Of a stretch of DNA of 64,000 nucleotides, positions 15,149 to 26,862 are shown one piece after another. The translations under genes and the position numbers were made by a program. Source of the DNA: Eledone cirrhosa. Its lineage: Eukaryota. The notes under the pieces are model-generated. The model was not told where the DNA came from. It did not search any database and worked only from the letters and a program-made list of their open reading frames with translations. The stretch spans positions 373,860,001 through 373,924,000 of the forward strand of contig OZ024743.1 in assembly GCA_964016885.1 (NCBI GenBank). Direction: 5' to 3'. Numbering within the stretch: the first letter of the stretch is position 1; every line of letters starts with the position of its first letter.

Positions 15149-15806
15149 GTGGAAAAGAGTAAGGAACGAGGGAGCACCCCCTCTCTGTGCTCCTGAGGAA
15201 AAGGGTTGCACACTTTTTTCGGGGGTGTGTGCGACCCCCCAAGGCGCCTCCTCTCTATTGAGGATTTTGTTATAAATTTTATTTGTTGTTATATTTTATT
15301 TTATTTTTATACATTGTTATTGCCTCCTCCTTATTGAGGACGCCCTTTTGTGTAAACTCCCCCCTTTGTACTTGTCCCACTTTTGATGCCCTGGTGGCAA
15401 ATAAAAGAAACATATCTATTTGTCTGTCACTGTCTATCTGTCTGTCTGTCTCTCTGTCTGTCTGTCTCTCTGTCTGTCTGTTCCATATACAACAATCGAT
15501 CTGATGTGACTATACAGTCTGCTGCCAACAGCCAAGACACCATCGTCTGCTTGCAGTAATACCGACAACGATGACAAAGAAACGACTACAACTGCTGTCG
15601 GGTTGTTGATGGTGATAGTGGTGGTGGTGGGGCTGATGGCAGGGATGGGGGTGACAGTGGTTGTGGTGATCATGTTGGTGTTGGTGATTGACGGTGTGAC
15701 AGTGGGGATGGTGGTGATGCAGTCGCAAAACATGATGACAGTATTGACAGTATTAGTAGGGTAAAGCTGCTAACTTGAGTGGTGATGCTATGTGTGTGTG
15801 TGTGCG

Positions 15807-15890
<84 letters not shown>

Positions 15891-15939
15891 GAGAGAGAGA
15901 GAGAAAGAGAAAGATTCATATATATATATATGTACAGAT

Positions 15940-15977
<38 letters not shown>

Positions 15978-16076
15978 GAATGAAAAATAGAGCGAGAAAC
16001 CAGGACTATCCATCATCAGTGATCTTCTGACTATCATCGCTATTTCTTCGCATTAAAGATCAGATACCTCAAAGTC

Positions 16077-16121
16077 AACGGTGGTGATGACAGCTAATAA
16101 GCAAGAAACTAGTTCATCGTT
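16077..16121 (+). ncRNA. degenerate type I hammerhead (core GUGAUGA), homologue of the 17327 HHR
   Basis: AACGGUG-GUGAUGA-CAGC uaauaa GCAA-GAAA-CUAG-UU-CAUCGUU. Stem I is 7 bp and C3 is mutated. The module 16070-16380 is homologous to 17327-17635. Confidence 0.6.
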
Positions 16122-16464
16122 CCTTTGTCAGTGTTGAACAGAAGGGCAACGATGGTTGCCGAACACTGTACGGTTTAATTCGGGCTGTTTGTTTACAAAC
16201 AAACCGAACATTATAATAAATGTTCGGTAAACCCATACGTACATATATATATATATATGTGTGCATGTGTGTATATATATACATACTACTGTACGTCTGT
16301 ATACATATATGTATGTACGTATACATACTTATATTTAGGTATCAGCCGTACTAAGAGTGAGAAATGGAATTTCATTTTTTCCATGTATATATATAACATA
16401 TGCAATATACTTATGTTAAGCGTGAGGGGCATGGGTGGTAATGTTTCAATAGTTGTTCCTACTT

Positions 16465-16632
16465 TTGGCACAAGGCCAGCAATTACCCAGTGTATTACTG
16501 GTACTTTATTTTATCGACCCCCGTAAGGATGAAAGGCAAAGTTAACCTCGGCGGGATTTGAACTCAGTCCGTAAAGGGACGTAACTGTGCTGCAAAGCAT
16601 GGCGTCCGACCCTCTACCGTTACTGCCAATCC
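16465..16632 (-). mobile_element. tRNA-derived SINE (Meta/LF-SINE-like central domain)
   Basis: The minus strand shows an A-box-like TGGCAGTAACGG, a B-box GAGTTCAAATCC, then GCCTTTCATCC...GGGTCGATAAAATAAAGTACCAG. Further copies lie at ~20075, ~20402 and ~35905. Confidence 0.8.
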
Positions 16633-16886
16633 ATTGATAATGGTTGTGGGAAAGTGGTGGCGGCTGTGTTGAGGTGTAACTATTAGAATTGATGTAATTA
16701 GTAGAGGCGGGGATGGTAATGATAGTAGTACTGCGATGTTGATGGTTGTGTAGGTTGTGGAGATGGTCGGGGCGGTGGCTGGTATTGATGTAATGGCGCA
16801 CAACGTATGTAGTTGTAGTAATTAGAAGGATATATATATATACATACATATATATATATATATACGCATATATATATATATATATA

Positions 16887-17026
<140 letters not shown>

Positions 17027-17233
17027 TAAGTATGTACACGTACATACATATATGTATACCGACGTACAGTAGTATGTATATATATATATACATACATGCA
17101 CACATATATATATGCACGTATGGATTCACCGAACATTTATTATAATGCTCGGTGTGTTTGTAAACAAACATCCCGTATTAAGCCGTAGTGTCTAGCAACC
17201 ACCGTTGCTCGTTTGTTCAACACTGACAAAGGA

Positions 17234-17276
17234 ACGCTGTACTAGTTTCAAGCTTGTTAGCTATCGTCAGCAACGT
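17234..17276 (-). ncRNA. type I hammerhead ribozyme (mirror copy in the palindrome)
   Basis: Reverse complement of 17327-17369. Confidence 0.82.
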
Positions 17277-17326
17277 ATACCTTCCTGCCAGATTGTTGAA
17301 CGTTCAACAATCTGGCAGGAAGGTAT

Positions 17327-17369
17327 ACGTTGCTGACGATAGCTAACAAGCTTGAAACTAGTACAGCGT
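17327..17369 (+). ncRNA. type I hammerhead ribozyme
   Basis: ACGUUG-CUGACGA-U AGC uaacaa GCU U-GAAA-CUAG-UA-CAGCGU. Stem I is 6 bp, stem III is the palindrome CUAG and the triplet is GUA. Confidence 0.82.
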
Positions 17370-17632
17370 TCCTTTGTCAGTGTTGAACAAACGAGCAACG
17401 GTGGTTGCTAGACACTACGGCTTAATACGGGATGTTTGTTTACAAACACACCGAGCATTATAATAAATGTTCGGTGAATCCATACGTGCATATATATATG
17501 TGTGCATGTATGTATATATATATATACATACTACTGTACGTCGGTATACATATATGTATGTACGTGTACATACTTATATTTAAGTAACAGCCGTACTAAG
17601 AGTGGGAAATGAAATATCGTTTCATTTTTTCC

Positions 17633-17666
<34 letters not shown>

Positions 17667-17700
17667 GTATATATATATACATATATATATATAATGTATA

Positions 17701-17791
<91 letters not shown>

Positions 17792-17967
17792 ATGTATATA
17801 TGTATATATATATATACGTATCTATATATATATGTATATATATATACGTATATATATATATATACGTATATATATATACACACATATATATATGTGTATA
17901 TATATATATATATGTATATATACATGTATATATATATATATATATGTATATACGTATATATATATAT

Positions 17968-18084
17968 ATAGGAACCAGTAAGACCCCGACAGCTGAGCTC
18001 AAGCCGTTTCGACGGCTAATTCTAGTCCAGAATTAGCCGTCGAAACGGCTTGAGCTCAGCTGTCGGGGTCTTACTGGTTCCTAT
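17968..18084. repeat. perfect 56-bp inverted repeat with a 5-nt loop, centred on a hammerhead stem II
   Basis: The loop AGTCC is at 18024-18028. The right arm reads GCCGUC-GAAA-CGGCU ugagcuc AGCUG-UC-GGGGUC, which is the 3' half of an HHR. Confidence 0.88.
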
Positions 18085-18160
18085 TACCCACTCTACTACC
18101 TCAAGTATTGAGTACTTTGGTGCGTTATGGTCCACCTGGTTCCTTACCACATTTCCTTCG

Positions 18161-18207
<47 letters not shown>

Positions 18208-18353
18208 TGTGTGTATATATATATAGACACACATATATATATATACATATATATACGTATATACATATATATATACATGTATATATACATACATATATAT
18301 ATATATATACACATAAATATATATATATGTATGTATATATATATATATATACG

Positions 18354-18433
<80 letters not shown>

Positions 18434-18710
18434 CGTGAGTATGTATGTGTTTGTATGTGTGTGTATATATGTATGCACCAATGTATGCATGTGTGAGTGA
18501 GACTGTATTCGTGTGTAAGAGACTACGAGAGACAGAGAGAAAGAAATCGATAGATAGGGAGAGATAGAATATGTGTGTCTGTGTGGGGATAGGCTGAGAT
18601 AGAAAGAGAAAGAGAGAGAGAGTGGGGAGAAGGACTGTACACTTGTTGGAATCATTTGGTAGTTGAGCTTTTGAGAGAGTAATACGTCTATATATCTAAT
18701 ACATATAAAA

Positions 18711-19125
18711 ATGGGGCAACGCGTCAGTCGGCATCGTGTCGCCACTATACCAGCTGAGCAGCGTTTTGACTCTTTAGCTGGCACTGCCAACCCTACAATT
18801 GCTACGAACACTTCCAACTACAACAGCAACAGCAACAGCAACAACAGTAACACTACTATTATGACAACTACGGCTAATCCTACCAACACCACTAACCCCA
18901 CATCTGCTGCTCCCATCGCTTCCACTGCCACCAGTATTATGACCAACACCAACCCCACCACTTCAGCTACTATTAGCAGCAGTAGGACCGGCAATACAGC
19001 GGTGCTAAACCAAAATGATATATCCACCGAAGATTTGACTACCTGTCAGTATAAACGAGTGACGAGCGAAGTACACCATTTCAACGAAGATGCCGGTCTT
19101 CTAGTGTTGTTACTGTTACGTTTAC
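18711..19125 (+). CDS. candidate first coding exon of an unknown host gene (Asn/Thr-rich, MGxxxS N-terminus)
   Basis: Unique-sequence island with AAAATGG start context, MGQRVS N-myristoylation-like motif and possible donor C|GTAAGG at 19125/19126. No domain recognised. Confidence 0.3.
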
Positions 19126-19490
19126 GTAAGGCAAGACGAGAGAAAAGGCTCAACATTCCGTAGGTCAAAGGATCGAAACCAAAACTACAGCTGGCGAACC
19201 GCTGCTGACCGAGATATACTTAAATCTATCAATGATTTCTACATAAACATATATGGACACCAATGAATGCGGGAGTACGCTTCCACACACACACACACAC
19301 ACACATACACACACATACATACACACACGCACACATGCACACATACACAGACACGTACGTTACACAAACACACAGACAGGCAGACATACATACGTAAATA
19401 CTTTTTTTTATTTTGACTGATCCACGCTCTTTGTATTGAGCCCATAAATGAATGACTGGTCTATTTATTAATGGTATTAATGTAAACAAT

Positions 19491-19522
<32 letters not shown>

Positions 19523-19647
19523 GTATATGTGTGTGTGTGTATATATATATATATAAATATGTGTGTGTGCATATATATATATATATTTATGTGTGCATGT
19601 ATATATATATATATATATATGTGTGTATATATATATATATGTGTGCA

Positions 19648-19774
<127 letters not shown>

Positions 19775-20006
19775 TATATATGCACATACATATACAAAGA
19801 GCCGGAACAAATACCGCGCAGCACTTTGTTCGATGCTTTTAAGATACTGCCAGCCCCACACTCTTCAATAATAATAAAGTCAATAAAAATAATAACAATT
19901 ATAATAAAAATAGTAAAAAAAAAATATTTATGAAAATAATAAAAAACATAGTGATAATGATAACAATGATGTGATGATAATAAAGGTGCTGTTGATGATG
20001 ATGATG

Positions 20007-20061
<55 letters not shown>

Positions 20062-20401
20062 TAATAATAATAATTGTTTCTACTTTTGGCACAAGGCCAG
20101 GAATTATCCCAGTGTATTAATGGTACTTTATTTCGTCGACCCCGTATAATAATAATAATAATAATAATGGTTTCTTTATTGGCCACAAGGGCTTTATATA
20201 TTAATAATAGTAATAATGATTATTGCTTTTATTTGCCTCAAGAGCACCAATTGAGGAGACACGGCAAAGACAAATTACATAGTGTAAATAAATAAATAAA
20301 TAGATAAATAAATAAATAAATAAATAAATAAAATTTGAAGTGTATATATATATGTACACATACACATACATGTATGTTTAAATACATACATATATATAAT
20401 T

Positions 20402-20566
20402 GTTTCTACTTTTGGCACAAGGCCAGCAATTATCCCAGTGTATTACTGGTACTTTATTTTATCGACCCCGTAAGGATGAAAGCAAAGTTAACCTTGGCGG
20501 GATTTGAACACAGAATGGAAAGGGCCGTAACTCTATGTGTCAAAGTATGGCGTCCGACATTCTACC
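20402..20566 (-). mobile_element. tRNA-derived SINE copy
   Basis: Closely similar to 16465-16632. A shorter fragment lies at 20075-20145. Confidence 0.78.
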
Positions 20567-20844
20567 GAATGACCCTGTGATAAACATGCGAAACTCCGGG
20601 GTAACAAGACTCCATATTTAGCCTTAATATAACTGAATATTAAAACCCTACTCCGGTTTTGAGTACTCCATTCCCTCAGCCGTCAACCACATTCGATATA
20701 TATATAGAGATAGAGAGAGAGAGAAAAAGAATTAGAAATATGTACATATACACATACATATGTTTAAAAACATACACACACACACACATATATGTATATG
20801 TATTCATATATATATATACATACACATGCATATATTTACACACA

Positions 20845-20931
<87 letters not shown>

Positions 20932-20932
20932 T

Positions 20933-21003
<71 letters not shown>

Positions 21004-21006
<3 letters not shown>

Positions 21007-21557
21007 GTCTATAGAATCACCAGATAAAATATATACCATTTCCTCTCCCAATTAGCATAATTAACCATATAAAAAATCGATTAGACCAAGCTATAAGAAT
21101 AAAGGCTTCTATGAAGAAATCTCCGACAAATAACCGAAAGCAGCCCTTCGCGTCGGCCGCGACGGAATATTTATCGAGTATTTCGACAGCGTGTATGAAT
21201 CGCCCAGATATACAGTCAATTAAACAGAATTAGGTGTAAAATAAACTAGGAGAAAAGTGAACATATTTAGTTACCTCTACCATGGTTTCGTCCGCATTTT
21301 AAGATATCCGATAGCTTCGGACACCTAGAGCACCGGACTCTTCAGGAAGTTAGCTCAAATTTAGACAATAAATTTTCAAAAGTGATCGCGCCAAGAATAC
21401 ATTAAAAAATGGCTAAGAATCGTGACGTAGCAGCGGTCAGGTTAGAAGGAATGTGGTTAGTTGCTTACGGCTGGTGGCTTTTTGCTAGAAAGCGCAGCAC
21501 AATACAGCCAAAATTTGATCTCAACCTAACGGGAGATTATTATATAAAGGTTTACAC

Positions 21558-21603
<46 letters not shown>

Positions 21604-21871
21604 TTTGCAACGGGTCACTTTGTGGCTCAATGAAAAGTTAATAAATTAAATAATCAGAGCTATATATCATAAAACATGTCTATAGAATCACCAGATAAAA
21701 TATATACCATTTCCTCTCCCAATTAGCATAATTAACCATATAAAAATTCCATTAGACCAAGCTATAAGAATAAAGGCTTCTATGAAGAAATCTCCGAAAA
21801 ATAACCGAAAACAGCCCTTCGCGTCGGCCGCGACGGAATATTTATCGAGTATTTCGACAGCGTGTATGAAT
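21004..21871 (-). mobile_element. Penelope-like/retrozyme-like non-coding module (~671-bp period, ~197-bp direct repeats)
   Basis: 21004-21200 repeats at 21675-21871. It contains the canonical HHR at 21273-21350 and starts at a (TA)n tract. Confidence 0.7.
21273..21350 (-). ncRNA. canonical type I hammerhead ribozyme
   Basis: Minus strand: ACUUC-CUGAAGA-GUCCG...CGGAC-GAAA-CCAUGG-UA-GAGGU. Stem II contains the hairpin UCCGA/UCGGA, stem III is palindromic and the triplet is GUA. Confidence 0.9.
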
Positions 21872-21951
21872 AGTGAAGTTTTAAATCTACATTGATTTAA
21901 AACTGCACTATTCACAAGTGTTTTTTAAGCTTCATATGATGTCTCCCTATT

Positions 21952-22014
21952 TTATCTGATGAGAACGCAGATATCATCCCACGATGATATTTGTTTTTGA
22001 AATGCGCATAATAA
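21952..22014 (+). ncRNA. type I hammerhead ribozyme
   Basis: UUAU-CUGAUGA-GAAC GCAGAUAUCAUC ccac GAUGAUAUUUGU UUUU-GAAA-UGCGCA-UA-AUAA. Stem II is long, stem III is palindromic and the triplet is AUA. Confidence 0.85.
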
Positions 22015-22053
22015 CATACTTGGAACTCTTTTAACCATCTTTTGATCTTATAT

Positions 22054-22168
<115 letters not shown>

Positions 22169-22279
22169 CTTGAAGGCGGCCAACCGGACTGGCAACTGCT
22201 GATTTTTTGGCCGCCTTCTCGTCTTGGGCATCTCTCATCCTTGGATTGTGTCTATTATATTCCTCTGTTAAATTTCGGA

Positions 22280-22337
22280 ATACCTGATGATGTCACCGGA
22301 TTCATACTGAACCCGGTCATTGAAATGTTCATAGTAT
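22280..22337 (+). ncRNA. type I hammerhead ribozyme (short stem I)
   Basis: AUAC-CUGAUGA-...ACCGG..UUCA uac UGAA..CCGGU...-GAAA-UGUUCA-UA-GUAU, immediately followed by AATAAA. Confidence 0.65.
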
Positions 22338-22668
22338 AATAAACCTTTAAGGAATTACACCAGTCCAGCCTCCTGTTATTTTATAATACATATGTATATT
22401 TTATATATATATATATATATTTATTAAAATAACAGATTAAAGTTTAAGCAAAGAATCGCTGCTTTCACCCTTAACGGGATCTTCTGAAACTAAAAAAATC
22501 AATCTGTGAACGCAGAAGTAAATATTTCGAAAACGTTGCAGCCGAAGGAAGACAGGAAGACGATACTTTGGTTCGTGGAAACGTTCCCTATACAAATAAG
22601 TAATGGTATAAACATAACATATACTTAGCTACCACATCAAGACGTAAAATATCCGCGTATAGTTCGTA

Positions 22669-22806
22669 CTATCCGTTAGGGTATAATGTGGGGCAGTAAT
22701 ACAGGAAAGTTTTGGGCAATTTATGTTTACAAGCCGAAATCGCTTCAGATTTTTTGTTTAAGATGTGGTCTTTGGCGTAAAGTATTTCCAGGACTCCAAA
22801 ATACTC
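22669..22806 (-). pseudogene. C-terminal remnant of a Penelope-like (RT/GIY-YIG) ORF
   Basis: Hand translation gives EYFGVLEILYAKDHILNKKSEAISACKHKLPKTFLYYCPTLYPNG*. This matches the LNKRSE..S.CRH motif I recall at the end of PLE GIY-YIG domains. Confidence 0.65.
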
Positions 22807-22826
22807 TTCACAGATTGATTTTTTTT

Positions 22827-22877
22827 AGTTTCAGAAGATCCCGTTAAGGGTGAAAGCAGCGATTCTTTGCTTAAACT
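22827..22877 (+). ncRNA. hammerhead-fold variant (core CAGAAGA); mirror copy at 22441-22491 on the minus strand
   Basis: AGUUU-CAGAAGA-U CCC guuaa GGG U-GAAA-GCAG cgauucu UUGC-UU-AAACU. All three stems form, with a U4A core change and a CUU triplet. Confidence 0.6.
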
Positions 22878-23186
22878 TTAATCTGTTATTTTAATAAATA
22901 TTTGCTCTACGGTTCTTATATATTTGATATATATTTATCCTTATCGAGCCCTCTCTGGATTTTAGTCTTCAAATTTATTATTATTACTATATATATATAT
23001 TTAATACAATAACAGAGATAGTTTAAAGCTAAACTCTGACTGGTAACCATCTCACCCAACAAACATTAGGTTATATTAAAATATAAACCCAATTTAAGTG
23101 TTTGGGGTGCTAACAAAATGTATAATGTGGAAAAAACCAGTTGTATTATTTTATGAGATATAATTAAAGTTAAAGTATATCTCTCT

Positions 23187-23312
23187 TTCCAAACAATTGT
23201 TTCATTATAAGTTTTCTACAAGTTTGGGAGAATGTTTCCAGTTTATGTAGAAGCCTAATATATATTCATGTAAGAATATATTTAGGTGGGCACTTATAAA
23301 TCGTCAGTGGAA
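23187..23312 (-). ncRNA. type I hammerhead with a branched stem II
   Basis: UUCCA-CUGACGA-U UUAUAAGU...ACUUAUAA U-GAAA-CAAUUG-UU-UGGAA. Stem II encloses two hairpins (CCUAAAUAUAUUC/GAAUAUAUAUUAGG and UUCUACA/UGUAGAA). Confidence 0.82.
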
Positions 23313-24189
23313 GCCCATTAAACATTGATATAAGAAAACAAATTTCTTACCGCTGTCAAAAGTCATGTCCGTAAAGTAGCTCTCTCTCACCTCGAATGAC
23401 CGCCAAATTTGAAATTCCAGCAGTTTTTGACTGAGGAAGTATCATAGCGACACGAAGCGGGAAGGGGAGACAACCCACGAAATGAGGAAAAAAATAATAT
23501 ACACGCGGGTTAAATAGTATTTTTGAAAACATTATCAATCCGATGTGTTTAAGAACTCAATTGAAAATAAAAAAATAAATATATGCTTGTATAAATTACA
23601 CACGCATATAGATATTTTCTTAGGCTAAATCAGAAGTTGTACCCGAATAAGAACCGCTTCTCATAACCGCAGTAAATGCAGAAAGTTATGCTATAAAGGG
23701 CAAATGGGAATATAATTCTCCGGCCGAAATATTAAGAGTAAAATTTAAAACACACGCGGGTTAATTAGTTATTACAAAACCAATATTAGTTCCTCGTGTA
23801 AAGAACTCAATTAATAAAAGAAAATAAATACACATATGCATGTAATTATATACGTAGGCATATATATATATATTTTCCTAGGCTAAAAAACAGAGAAGTT
23901 ACAACCAAAAAAAGCCACAATATTTCACAAAGAGTAAAATAAGGAAAGTCAAATTCATAAGGTACCTGGAAATAAACACCTCTGGCCGATCAAGAGTAAA
24001 TATTTAATACAATAACAGAGATAGTTTAAAGCTAAACTCTGACTGGTAACCATCTCACTCAACAAACATTAGGTTATATTAAAATATAAACCCAATTTAA
24101 GTGTTTGGGGTGCTAACAAAATGTATAATGTGGAAAAAACCAGTTGTATTATTTTATGAGATATAATTAAAGTTAAAGTATATCTCTCT

Positions 24190-24315
24190 TTCCAAACAAT
24201 TGTTTCATTATAAGTTTTCTACAAGTTTGGGAGAATGTTTCCAGTTTATGTAGAAGCCTAATATATATTCATGTAAGAATATATTTAGGTGGACACTTAT
24301 AAATCGTCAGTGGAA
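24190..24315 (-). ncRNA. type I hammerhead, second copy of 23187-23312
   Basis: Same sequence 1003 bp downstream, with one substitution in a junction. Confidence 0.82.
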
Positions 24316-24806
24316 GCCCATTAAACATTGATATAAGAAAACAAATTTCTTACCGCTGTCAAAAGTCATGTCCGTAAAGTAGCTCTCTCTCACCTCGAAT
24401 GACCGCCAAATTTGAAATTCCAGCAGTTTTTGACTGAGGAAGTATCATAGCGACACGAAGCGGGAAGGGGAGACAACCCACGAAATGAGGAAAAAAATAA
24501 TATACACGCGGGTTATATATATATATATATAATATTAACAAATGGAAACTATATTTATAAAACCATATTTATTTCATTATACATATTTCAAGGACACCAA
24601 GTTAAATTATGGTGTGCTTTCATCAGACAAAATATAATATAGATCAGTTTTATAAATAAATATTGACATGCCCTTAAAAAATGCAACCATTACTGTTGGA
24701 AGCTCCCGGATAGTGGAGTTGTTTACTTATATTATTATTAGTATTGGATATTTTTATTTTTAAAATAAGCCATTGGGTTACAGAGAAAGAAAAAGGAGAG
24801 AGAGAA

Positions 24807-24841
<35 letters not shown>

Positions 24842-25401
24842 GCCAAAACAACAGAGAGAAATATATGTAGAGAGAGAGAGGAGACAGAGAGAAGGGGAGA
24901 GAACGAAAACTCTAAGTCATATCTTGTTGAGTTAACTTAACAATTGAGATGAAATGAATAAATAAAAATAGAAATGTTAATAATCATGAATGGAATATAC
25001 ATATATAATATGAGAAATTAATCATTGTTTAAATATGTTTAGTTAATCATTTAAATATTGAGATCAATATATTAAATATTGGAATCTATATATTAAGAAA
25101 TCCATATATTGCTAGAGAACTACATATCATATAACACGTATACACACGCAAAAATACATATAAAAATATATACACACTTAAAAAATACATAACATATCTA
25201 ACTACGTATATAATATATACACACAAAACATAAAGGATTCTTTAATTTAATCTAAGATATAAGAATCTTAAAAATGTTATAATTGTGAAGATATTAAAGG
25301 AAATTTTATGTTATACACACTTTATGTTATTAAACAAATTTTTTTATATAAGTTTTATAAGATTACCTGGTTTTATAAGATTACCGGGTTTTATAAGATT
25401 A

Positions 25402-25575
25402 CCGGGTTATAGCTACTGTCGCTCAGAGAGTGGGATTGGCTCAGTGCACAGTCTTTCCTCACTTTAAAAAATATCTTCACGCACAGGCATTGCACGATAG
25501 AATTCATTAATAATTATTAATAATGGTATATCGTGCAATGGCCATACTCGATAACGAGGGGGCAGCCATCATCAT
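25402..25575 (+). mobile_element. internally deleted (bipartite) RTE derivative: 5' UTR piece fused to the 3' tail
   Basis: 25402-25497 matches RTE 36493-36587 and 25531-25575 matches RTE 40305-40351. It is followed by (TATG)n. Confidence 0.88.
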
Positions 25576-25711
25576 GTATGTATGTATGTATGTTATGTAT
25601 GTTATGTATGTATGTTATGTATGTTATGTATGTATGTTATGTATGTTATGTATGTTATGTATGTATGTATGTATGTATGTATGTATGTATGTATGTATGT
25701 ATGTATGTATG

Positions 25712-26786
25712 TTCTTCTGGTTTTATAATTTCACAAATATTTACCAATAGCGAGAGAGCCGGTTTCTAACATAGTTACAAGACTCTTTCATTGGAATTTA
25801 CACAACACCAACTAGGTAGATATGTATGCATGTCCGCATGCATGCATGTGTGTACAGGTATAGATGTTATTGTATGTGTGGATGTGTATGTTTTGAGTTG
25901 TATATGTGCATGTGCATACGCTTTGTATCTGTACATGTGTATATGCAGTTATTAGATGCAACATTTTTGGAATGTTTTACATATTTTTACAGTTCCATTA
26001 ATGGATTGTATTTGTAGTTTCCTAACTAATTGTGTTCTTTCTGTTCCTGTGAAGCCCATCTTCTCAAGATTTGTATTGAGGCAGTTACTAACATATCCGA
26101 GTGCCCCAATAATCACAGGCATAAATCTGAAGGTATAGTCAGGGTGGAGTATCTGCAGATTTCTCATCAGTTCTGTATAAATATTCTCCTTTTCGCTAAT
26201 CTTTGATATTATATTAGCATCTGCTGGGCAGCTAACTTCCACTGCTGTGCATGCCTTCTTTTCCCTGTTCCATATCATTATATCTGGTCTGTTATGCCTG
26301 CATTTTATTAGGGTTTTCACTGGAACATTCCATCAGTACTCTTTCATATTATGTATATGTATGTCTTCCATATTGCTGTAGCTTTTAATGTGTTTATTAT
26401 CGGAACTACCTTTTCTACGGATTGCATTGTACAGTGTTTTGACCACTACATCATGCCTCATAGGTAGATAGTACCGCGATGACATCTTTGGACAGCTGCT
26501 GATGACATGGGTGATATCCTCGATGTTAGTTCTGCAGAGTCTGCACTTGTTATCACATCTAAGTGTTTTGCCTGCATCCCTATCTCTTTTGTGAATCAGG
26601 TATTTCGTGTTGATTTCCTCTTCTTGGATTGCAAAAGCGTATCCTTCAAAGTGGGAGCCAATATAGCGATTGTTGGTCCAAGATAAAATACTTAGTTTAT
26701 CTATATTACTCTCACTCTGGAGCTTCCTGGCAACATATCCATGCATGATCTTTTGCCGATAAGCATGCAGTTTTTCATCCATGGAT
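25712..26786 (-). mobile_element. R4/Dong-clade RLE LINE, 5'-truncated 3' end
   Basis: CCHC finger CRLC...H..SSC, RHD motif and HNRPDIMIW...EVSCP restriction-like endonuclease motif. Flanked on both sides by (TATG)n. Confidence 0.88.
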
Positions 26787-26862
26787 TATGTATGTATGTA
26801 TGTATGTATGTATGTATGTATGTATGTATGTATGTATGTATGTATGTATGTATGTATGTATG

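Larger units (their letters stand above)
10313..15410 (+). mobile_element. Tx1/L1-clade non-LTR retrotransposon, near full length
   Basis: ORF1 has a CCHC knuckle (CYLCGNRGHLRAAC). ORF2 has APE motifs (LNARGL, GDWN, YLDRF, SDH), RT motifs (KSPGLDG, LDQSKAFDRV, QGCPFS, YADD) and a C-terminal CxxC-HxxxxC. The 3' UTR has AATAAA at ~15399. Confidence 0.93.
22419..22900 (-). mobile_element. 5'-truncated Penelope-like element with an inverted terminal (pLTR-like) copy
   Basis: A ~92-bp inverted repeat (22419-22510 / 22807-22900) brackets a minus-strand ORF tail LEILYAKDHILNKKSEAISACKH. Each arm folds as an HHR variant. Confidence 0.75.
22998..24515 (-). mobile_element. ~1003-bp-period HHR repeat (1.5 units), Penelope pLTR/retrozyme-like
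   Basis: ~515 bp at 22998-23513 is duplicated at 24000-24515. Each copy carries an HHR and both outer ends abut (TA)n. Confidence 0.75.

Noticed and set aside
15510-15775. Hydrophobic or His-rich ORFs suggesting an exon
   Set aside because: GTG/GAT-rich low-complexity sequence, with no homology and ambiguous frame and strand.
20570-20612. CTGTGA...GAAACTCCGGGGTA hammerhead-like remnant
   Set aside because: The core lacks a base and stems I and II do not pair. It may be a truncated 3' half, but cannot be called.
24612-24630. CTGATGAAAG on the minus strand
   Set aside because: No stem II, separate GAAA or stem I pairing.
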